Below are positions 54,561-64,000 of a DNA stretch of 64,000 nt, one piece after another. Within the stretch, counting starts at the first letter, position 1, and each line of letters starts with the position of its first letter. Source of the DNA: Sphyrna mokarran (lineage: Eukaryota); NCBI GenBank assembly GCA_024679065.1, contig JAGIQG010000022.1:16120001-16184000 (forward strand), written 5' to 3'. The position numbers and the translations under genes are program-made. The notes under the pieces were generated by a model. The model was not told the DNA's origin, did no database searches, and was given only the letters and a program-made list of their open reading frames with translations.

Positions 54561-54893
54561 TCTTGGACTGCCGCTTGCCCAGGTAATTTTGAAAAAGTTT
54601 CTAAATCTGCATTTTTTCAATTTCTTTGGTTGTTGGCATGATTATTACTTGTGCTTTGTATCTTGCCACTAGCATATATGGGAGACAGTAACTGCCTGCC
54701 ACTGTAGAATTAGGACACGGGAGCAGCAAAACCGAATATCAACAATGCTCAGTAAGTAGAACTTCAGGATACATCTCTCCAACTGTTCTGACTTCCTCAG
54801 CTCTATTGCAACAGCAGCATATAACAACAGAGAATATCTTCACATGAATTGTTATATTATTATGAAATAAAAGAAAATCCGTACAATACTAAC

Positions 54894-54962
54894 CTAAAAA
54901 ACCAGCTTCTACAACGTAAATTGTACAGTTAGGCAAGTGAGAAAGTGCTTGCATATGAATAT
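54894..54962 (-). CDS. NUP210L: NUP210-like exon 2/20
   Basis: NIHMQALSHLPNCTIYVVEAGFL(G); AG acceptor, gttagt donor; 69 nt; LPNCTIYVVE.GFLG resembles NUP210L. Confidence 0.93.
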
Positions 54963-55381
54963 CTATAATTTAGTTAAAGAGACCATAACCTCTTTCAGTA
55001 TTGATGACTGATGCAAATACATTTCTGTAGTCACTGTAGTTTCTTTGAAAATTAGCATAGATTTGTTAAAGTTTATATTATTCAACGCATCATTAGAATA
55101 ACGGAAATTTTGTTAATAATCTACCAACCAATAAACTAATACCCAATATTATGAACTGTTTACACAATCCTAACTCTGCAGTCTGAATTCACTCTCTTGC
55201 ATGAAGTTAGCTCATTGACATAATTTTAATATGTTTACAACCAGGAGGGTCAGGGAAGCAGAATTTCTCATATCAGCAACCAGCCAAGTGGAGGGAATAG
55301 TAATAATAGAATGAAGAAAGCACTTGACAGGTGATTGTCTCCAAAGTCTCACTCCAAATAGATCCTTATGCTGCTGCAGTG

Positions 55382-55672
55382 CAGTAAGAAGTCTGACAAC
55401 ACTAGGTTTAAGTCCAACCAATTTATTTGATAGTAAACTCATAAGCTTTTGGGGTTTGCCTCTTCGTCAGATGAAGAAAGCTTGTGAGTTTACTATCAAA
55501 TAAATTGGCTGGACTTAAACCTGGTGTTGTTAGGTAAAGGTTCACTTGACAAAGAGACAAACCCTGAAAGCTTGTGAGTTTATTATCAAATAAATTGACT
55601 GGACTTAAACCTGGTGTTGTCAGACTTCTTACTGTGTTTACCCCGGCCAATGCCGGCATCTCCACCTTATGG
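55382..55672. mobile_element. Penelope-like element terminal (pLTR) fold-back
   Basis: Inverted arm 55382-55449 pairs with tandem arms 55477-55530 and 55566-55634; related piece at 44905-45025. Confidence 0.7.
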
Positions 55673-57199
55673 CTGCAGCGCAATGCAGGATTCCAGACAC
55701 TTTGTGGGAAGACTACCTAATTTCAGATTTGTTCCAACACTGTTTACGTGCAGGCTCACAGCGTGTTGGCCTGTAATTTTGGGTCTTTTTCACTGCCTCA
55801 AATATACTATAGGTCTTAAGCCTAACATTGGTGGTGTGATTTTAATACACTTGCTTATTACCATTGCTTATTTCTTCTGGAATTATTATGTATGAATACA
55901 ATAAATAGATGGCTGCCAAAGAGATTCAAATCAGCAATGGAATGGGGATCTATGACGTTGCCATAACTGGAAGATTGAAGTTCAAACTGTTAGTTACACT
56001 GTTAGAACTTCAAGAATAATTAGATTTTCTATTATTTGCTACCTAAACACTCTTGGTCCTTCTTCCTGGTTTAAATTCAATTTTCCAGGGTTTTCGCAAA
56101 TGATTAAAACTAACACTTCAGTGTAGTGCTGAAAAATTCTGCATTGCTAGCTGCTGCTGGGTGAGACAGCCTGTTCAGATGTACATTTAGCATTCCATAG
56201 CATTATTCAGAGAAGCCAGGAGTTCCTACTTTTTCCTGGCCAACACTCTTTTTATTAAACAACACAACCAAAAACATAATAACTGGTATATATCTTGCTA
56301 CTAATGGCATATTGGCATGTTCAAATTAGCTATCAAAGTTGCCTCCATAGCAAATATGACTGCACACAGAGAGCAAATGGTGTACAGAGACATGTTCAGG
56401 CACTATATTAATACTTATTTTTCTCTTTTACCCATATTGTGAATCTACTGTTTGATCAAATTTATAAAAAAATCTCCAGCAACTTATTGCCTTGACTGAT
56501 ATAATAGACACCAATATGGTTTTCAAACAAATACTGAGCAAATTCTTGCAGTCTTGTATTAATTTAATGACCTAAGAGAAGTAAAAAAGAAAAAATAGAA
56601 AATAAACAAATTTAAAACACACTCGATGAGAGATAATGATTTGTTTCTTTCAAGAAATAACATGCTTTAGAATTACTGTCCCCATGCAAGTGATTATGAA
56701 AGTAGCTATGAATTTTCTACAAATATGGATTCTGGACTCACAAAAAAAAACTTCTGACCCTAAAATTTCAGCAAAATTTTCAAAGTGACAGTTGATTCAT
56801 GAGCCTTTGGATTCTTTGTTTGAAATTAGCAGTTAAGAAGCTGTATTTTCACTAGAATCAAGAATACTGTCATGGAACAGGATTTTATTATTTATCATAT
56901 CAATAATACTTGTGAAAAATGGAATGGGCGGGGCGTTATGGCCTCACTCGTCCCAAAACCATAAAATCCCAACCAAGGTCAATGGACCTTCCCATCATTT
57001 GCCTGCCTGCTCTGATCCCTGTAGCAGACAGGGCAATAAAATTTTGGCCAACGTTTCAGTCTTAGAAGAAAACAATCAAACAGGATAGATCATGCTCACC
57101 TTTGTTAGGTTTTAGCAACCTTGCAACAACTTATTTCTAAATTGTAATTTTTGGATAGATCTTTAATTGTTATTGATTCAGTTACACGTTAAACATAAA

Positions 57200-60100
57200 A
57201 TATTTTTTCGAGGCTTTGGTAAGAGGACTATGCCAACACCAGGATGAATTATCCACGAAGCAGGAAGCAATGGGGGTCATATTCCAATCTGGGAAATCTT
57301 AACAAGTCAGGTCAATGCAGCTGACAACCACCCCCGCAACACAATCCAATGAAGGAAGAGAATGAATGATCTCATCTGCTCGGCCACAGTAAGTTAATCT
57401 TTAGCTTTCACTGATATCATATGCTCATCATGGCATCATACGCTCTTCAGAAACCTCACACGTTATCAGTAGAGCAATACATTTTGCTACTTTCTCACCA
57501 CCACCATCTCATTTATTATGCTGAACAGATCATCCTCAATTTTTTTCTGGAGAGGACTCACCATACTTAGGGATCTTTTTTTGTTCCACAAACTCTGATT
57601 CATCCCTTCCGATCACATTCCTTCCTTCTGCCCCCATGCAGTCCAAGCTGGCCCAAAAAACAGGGGCATATCCCAGACAGGTGGAGGAATGGCTAACATC
57701 ACAAAGTTCTCCAAATTTGAGAGGATGACACTAAGCTGGCTGAGGAAGATAGGGATTGCTCCTGTCAGAGGTATATGTTGGCAATTCCTAGAACCATGTA
57801 CAATGAGACTCCCATGAGTTGATTACCTTTACTATTCACAGTGAGTGACATTCATTCTTGCACGCTGCCTGCTCAGGAACTAAGACGGTTTACTTACTTA
57901 TAGGAATCAGCAGGTCCAGGCATAGGACAGCAAACATAAAGCACAGCTCATTTTAAAGGAGGAAGATGAGGAGCTACTGGAAAAAGATCCTCAGCATTCA
58001 CGTGCATCTGCTACTAGTGGAACTAGTCATAGTTCTAGATTAGTCTTGGAGTCATTTTCTGGAGAACATCTCACTGAAATGTTTCCGTAACAGTTGGAGG
58101 CAATGAAATTCAAGTTTTTGGAATTTCTGGAGAATTTCTGGAAATCAGGCATCCTTTCTATCTGAGTCAAATGCTGGAGTGGCCATTGCTGGATATGCAG
58201 CGACAGGTGACAGAAAATCTGGCAGAGATGCAAGAGTCACATTGAGTACCACAAGGTCACACTGAGAAAGATGACAACTGCCTTGGATACCTTGATCCAA
58301 CACATTTTGCTGGATTTGCACTCAAATCTGCACTACTTAGGCATGGACACTGGTGAGTTATGAGAGGGTGCAAGGCACTTTGAGGTCTTTCCAGATGTCC
58401 CATCTCCTGAAAGAGTCATGGAAGGGGTCCTCAGGTACCCATAGGAAGGATGAGTGTCAGCTAAAGACTTCACACAAGAGATTTCAAGGGTGCTCAGCTA
58501 TTCAGTCCCCTGTCTGTGACCCAATCAACTCCAGCTGATCAGGCCATGGAGAATGCTTCATGACTTGGAGACTCTTTTCAGGCTGAGATCCTCCAGGTTG
58601 TAGGCACCAGACAACATCTACTAAGGTTATCACAGGCAACAGGGTTAGCACTCAGCCAGTTGCCTCCAACTCTGCTGCAGATGTAGCTGTTAGGAAAAAT
58701 AAGAAATATTGACACCACTTTTGGGTCATGGGTGCTCAATCATTATAAACTGTATGCTTATACAGAATGTTTGCTCATTTGGAGGCATGGTGCTTATTCA
58801 TGTGAGTGTTCTCTTATAACAAGTGCGAGACATCGTCCTGTTCCGTGATCACCTTTGTGAGCTTCACATTCAAAAGATGTTAATCTTATTCAAACTAGTT
58901 AGAATATATGTCAACACCTTTATGAGAAATGAGTGCTAAATAAAGTTGTACCCTTAATGTTTGCAAATAAGTGTTACGTGACAGCCTGAAAGGGTATCGT
59001 ACCTCCTCAGTGGTTGGGCCAAATCATAAGGTTTGCTAAGGCAATGGTATTCTCAAACTATCAGATCATCTCACTGGTGACTGTAGTTTTTTGTTGCAAT
59101 GACGATATCAAGTTCCTTGATATAACGTTTGCGCTGTTATGTCAACTTTCACTTTTCCACTGTACACATTTATAGGATTCACCACTGACTTTTCCAGAGA
59201 TAATGGCTTGCTGAATTATGAGATTGAAGTAATAAGTGCAAACATGGAACTTGTTGATGTGACAGATTCTTAATCTCTTTCATTGCAATTGCTTTGCATT
59301 AAGGACAGAAAGAAGCTGGCTCTCTTCTGCTGCCTGCACCTTAATCCTCCTGGAATCTTGTGGTTATGAAAATATCACATGCACACCTTCCACATTATGC
59401 TTTCTTGTTGACATTATCACGTGGAAGCTGACCCTATACTCCATTTCAGATTTCTGACCTTCCTGCTCTTCACTGTTCGAGGTGCTCTCAGCCTTTTCAA
59501 TTTCTCCCTCTAGCAGGGTATCCCCCGCACAGTTCACTACAATGCAGGCAACCCTCTTAGGAGGCTACTGTGGTCCAAATATTGGAAATGTGTCCAGGAT
59601 GCAAATGGTCTGTTCTATTACGGATAATGTTTAGCTATGTGCTTAATTATGCCTTCCTTCTAAGGCATTCAAGGATGATGCCATCGTATGAGTGTGTAGC
59701 TCTTATTCTCAACTGCCATCTCTATACTTGCTGAGGCCTTTAAGTGGCTCAGGATATATCAGTCATTGCAACTTTCATAGTACTCAGCACAGACGTGCAG
59801 TCCGATGATTGCACACCATTCATAAATTGATGGAGTTGAACCTTTCCCAGTTGATGAACATCAGGGGTTAATTCATAGAACTTGTAAAGCCTCATGTATA
59901 CAGTTAATTGCATACTGCACTCTAGGGAAAGCTGAGCTACAAAATTCTTAAATCTAAGTTTGACTTCCTTCACCAACTGTGAACTTTACATAATGATGTG
60001 TCTTACTATAAAGGGCATCTGTCATCTCTTTGATGTATTTATGTGTGGCAGCCTGCATTATGCCACACATGTCCCTGTGGATCACTGGAATGATTCACAG

Positions 60101-61995
60101 GTAAACAAATTGAGGGCGGTGAAAGTCTTCAGGCCATAAACAGGGAATGTCCCCCCATTCTACAGGAATGGATCCACCTTCAGAATGTGGCAGATATGAT
60201 CCACTGGATCCCTGGAGAAGCGCAGAGATGTGTGGCATTGTCTCTCACTCATCTGCACAGAGGATAGTTTTCTTCAGTAGACTCTTGACCAAACAAGTCC
60301 AGGTGGTACATGTCGAATCGTACATTCTCTGGGTATTGCTTATGTTCCCTTGGGCCTCACACTTCAGCCGGTGTATCGCCCAGAAGTTGCATTTGGTGGA
60401 GAACAGCTCTTCTCCTCCTCCATTCCATGAGCACCATCAAGAAAGCTGCATTGAGCCCAGAATCTTTTCCTGTTTCCTCCTAATTGCTATGAGATTTTAT
60501 ATATAAAAGAGAGTACAAATTATGGAGAAAGATAGTAATGTTTCCAATTGCAAATGACAAACCACTGTCATGACATGGGGCTCCACCTGCATGACCAATC
60601 AAGTCACTGATATAACCTTGTAGCTAGGTGTAAATTCACAGAGTGAAGTGACCAAGACATTGACCCTGACATCTGCCATCTCAAAAGGCTGGAAAAGGTT
60701 TGAATGTCTTAATGACATGCACCATCTTACAAAACTCACCCCTCCAATCACAGGTGTGGCAAAATCATGTACTTTGTATGCCCTACGGCCCAATATGCAT
60801 GCCAGTTTGGAGAAAACCGATTTTAATGTGAAAGACAGGAATGCAGACACAGTAGGGGCTGTATGGAATGCAAACATGGTAAGGGCTGGTATGGAAATAG
60901 ATCTACATCAAATTGAAAGGAGGGATGCAGAATCAGAAAAGTGAGATGATTAGTATTAGTTTGGCACAGAGGGAAAGATTGCACAAAACTTAATGGAGGA
61001 ATGCCCCTGACATTAAGGGTTATTAACTTAGCATGGTCAACCAATCTAACCCACATATCTGTGCAGTGGTTATGTGCTTGCTCGTGAAAAGGCAAAACTT
61101 GGTTTAGTGTCACTGGCCAAGTTCATATCTGTCTTGTGCTGGGATGCATGTGGGCTAATTAGAATAATTTGCAGCTTGTGAAGGGGTAACACATAGACTG
61201 GAGGGAGGTCTCTTCCGTATTTGGCCATGCTCACAGCATCGAAATGAAGTGGGATGAGGTCCAACAGTTATAGTTTCAAATGGGAGGATTAGAATATTGA
61301 CCACAATTACTATGGGATCCAAGATTATTAGGGTAAAGTGGAGAACAAGGAAGATGCCTCTAACTGCATATTGTGCAGTAACAGGAAAATTGGAAGGCTA
61401 TTAACACTCCATGGAGAGGGCATGATGAAGCTGCTCTTGTAGTAATGTCTGAGCACCAGCACCTTGTCTAGTCAAAGCTGGATCAAAATCCTGGTACTCC
61501 TTTCTGAACAGCACAAACTCCTGGACAATGGAGGAAGGCAGCGAATAGAACAAGCCTACACCCCCACCAGTGTGGCCTTTCATTGATTTTGGTGAGAACC
61601 TGGAGCAGCATTACTGCAGGTAGGTTTTCAATATTGCACTCAACTGCAAGTCACAAGGTAAGTGAGGCTGACTGCGGCACATCAGTTAATCACTTTAGAA
61701 TTAACAAATAAACACTCAAATCAATGATGGGTGGGGGATTCGAACAGTCCCTAAATGTCATTCAGACCGGTCTAATTTCTTGCTGATATGGTACTTGACT
61801 GAGGGGGATAAACGTGATTCCAGCAACAATGTTTTTAATGAGTATTCATGAGATGACAACACATGTAAATGGGGTTGCCACCACAGAGCAGCAGTTATAA
61901 AAATTCCAAGCTGCTTTCACACCAGTGGATTTCCAAATTTTGGTCTCTCTCCAAATTTTCCATCTGTGGACTGGAGATGAGAATTCCGTCCAAAT
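57200..61995 (-). mobile_element. Decayed PIF/Harbinger DNA transposon
   Basis: Broken transposase motifs at about 59450-60150: TALNLFTCESFQ..GDMCGIMQAA, KGFNSINL*MVCNH, VIEQTICIL, F.YLD, RVACIVVNC; outer boundaries approximate. Confidence 0.65.
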
Positions 61996-62153
61996 ACTCT
62001 ACATAAAGTCACATAACAGCGCACATTTTTTAATGTTGTGCTAAAGCCTTTTAATGAGCTGAAGAGCCACATAGACACTCTTCATTTTAGTGGCTGGAAA
62101 TAATTTGATCAAGACAATCCTACCATTAAAACAGGTTTACAGAAAAAGGATAC

Positions 62154-62309
62154 TTTTATACATAAGAACCAGGTTAGCTTGCCCCTTCTGGAGTGCTGTA
62201 ACAATACATGAATTAGAATCCAGTTCTGCAACCTTTGTGCTCCCCTCTTCATCAGAGATCTCATCAGCCTGTAATTCCAATTTGTATTGTTCTGATGGCA
62301 TCTCAATTT
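62154..62309 (-). CDS. NUP210L: gp210-family nucleoporin (NUP210-like), internal exon 1 of 20 in window
   Basis: ttgcag acceptor; encodes EIEMPSEQYKLELQ...VTALQKGQANLVLMYK, matching gp210 ELSMPSDQYELQLQ...VTALQLGQ; donor GTATCCTTT; 156 nt, phase 1-1. Confidence 0.92.
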
Positions 62310-62929
62310 CTGCAAGAAAGTGGAAAGAAAGCATGTAGAAACATTTCAAATGTTACTCATTGATAAGTCAAATTAGCTAGAATAAGTAAATGTGTACTTT
62401 GTTTTAACAGCTTTATACAAGAAATGCATCATTTCAGTGGTTTCATTAACAATTCCAGCTGAACTGAATGACCTCAGAGATATTTCCACCAAATTATTGA
62501 TATTGAGTAAATACTTTAGGTTCCAATAACTTTTATCATTTATTCTCAGGGTGATGCTGCAAGTCTGCATCTACCACATATCCCAAGTTACCCTGAGATA
62601 AGTCTTTGACTATGCTCTTGATGTAGCAATTGTTTATACAGAAGAAAGCATTTTAAATGGCATTAAAAGTCAGCATGGAATTATGGCCTGCCAGTTAGGT
62701 CCTCTTCCCTGATAAAGATTAATGAATTTGTTGTTTTTTTATGACAATCCAGCAACTTACACAGTCACTTTCTTGTGTAAGTCCGCAAACATGCACGATG
62801 GGATTTGAACTCATAATCCTTGTGTTGTTAATCCAGTATGATATCATAAACATGAGACCCTAATGTCCTTCAACATAAATTTCATGGATGCCTGTTGGAT
62901 GTAATAACACCGAGACAATAGTTTCTGTG

Positions 62930-63560
62930 TATTATGAATCATTTTGGAACCATACCTGACCACACTGTCCAAGCTACTGGGCATTGCTTGGCCTCCTCAA
63001 ATGCTCCTTTCAACAAAATTCATTGAACCCACAAGAAAAAATTACATGTTCACAACAATTTCAAGGGATATAAACAGAATACTTTGTCACTCATGGGCGA
63101 GACTAGGCTTGTCAGGCCATCATTAGATAAGACTTTCTGCATTCCACAGCTGCTCACCAAGTATCCTTTGTGTATTACATCATTGCTAACCTTTGTGAAT
63201 ATGTAGCTGCACTGTGATTACAGTTCAAGAGTAATAATTCAATTACCGTTTGATATTGTGAGAAGTATCAGCTACTTTGGAAAAGGCGGTTGACACTTTG
63301 GAAACATTTTATTTCAGAAGGATATTGGTTATCAACTGGGATAACAACTAGTGTTGAACATAAAAGCAATTACAGGCATTCTTATAGGTGTGTTACTGAA
63401 AAGATTGAGATAGATACAGTATGACTGAAAGCTGGTATCCTCAATAGATCACAGAATGGATCCCAGTTGGGAAAAGACTGGGGAGAATTTTGACTTCAAA
63501 GAGCGAATAGGTTTGGGAACAGATGGTAGCTAAAAAGCACTAACAGCGTCAATCTACCAA
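62930..63560 (+). mobile_element. Highly degraded RTE-like LINE remnant
   Basis: DTLETFYFRRILVINWDN near 63290-63345 resembles the RTE C-terminal motif. Confidence 0.4.
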
Positions 63561-64000
63561 TTCTGTATTTAATTACAGGCTATTTAGCCACATACAGAAA
63601 AATCCCTTTCGTAAGTTGTGAATTTAAATATGTTAATAATTCATCAAAGCTATTTTAACAGGTTTTCAATTTTGATTGTGGATACACATCTTTCCTGGAA
63701 CTCATCAGTGAAAGTAAAGAAGGAAAAGAGGGCCAATTGAGGGCCTGAAATCACAGATTAAAAGAAATCCCATTATGCTGCGCTCTCACACTGTATTCCT
63801 GCCAAAGTGAAAGGCTTTTGCTCATCAGTATTTCTGTTGAAGGCACGCTTCTGCTTCTTGAATGTGATATCCACAATGGTCATCATTGCACCTATTTTAG
63901 GAGTGACCTTCACTACACAGGATGTCATTTCCATTACCTTGGAGATTTGTGTGTCTGATCTTTATTTTTCAATTGTTGTACATCAGATCAGTGTGGGTGC

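Larger units (their letters stand above)
54963..62153 (-). other. U12-type (minor spliceosome) GT-AG intron
   Basis: 5' splice site GTATCCTTT (62145-62153); branch sequence TCTTTAAC (54973-54980) about 10 nt before the AG; no polypyrimidine tract. Confidence 0.9.

Overview
AT-rich vertebrate DNA whose repeat content (HE1/V-SINEs, HER1/CR1 LINEs, Rex1/Babar, Penelope-like termini) points to a shark or other cartilaginous fish. The whole window lies inside one minus-strand gene of the gp210 nucleoporin family, most likely NUP210L. I traced 20 internal coding exons (62309 down to 644; 2711 nt, about 904 codons) with GT-AG borders, matching phases and no stops; both gene ends lie outside the window. 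Notable points: a U12-type (minor spliceosome) GT-AG intron at 54963-62153; an uninterrupted but about 30% diverged histone H4 reading frame in an intron, on the host strand and preceded by an in-phase AG; two decayed Gypsy proviruses with remnant LTR pairs; a decayed Harbinger transposon; a Penelope-like fold-back with degenerate hammerhead cores; a 180-bp direct repeat bracketing one exon; and several hairpins. Family assignments come from recalled motifs, not database searches. No new biological system is demonstrated; the H4-like frame is the best lead and may simply be a pseudogene.
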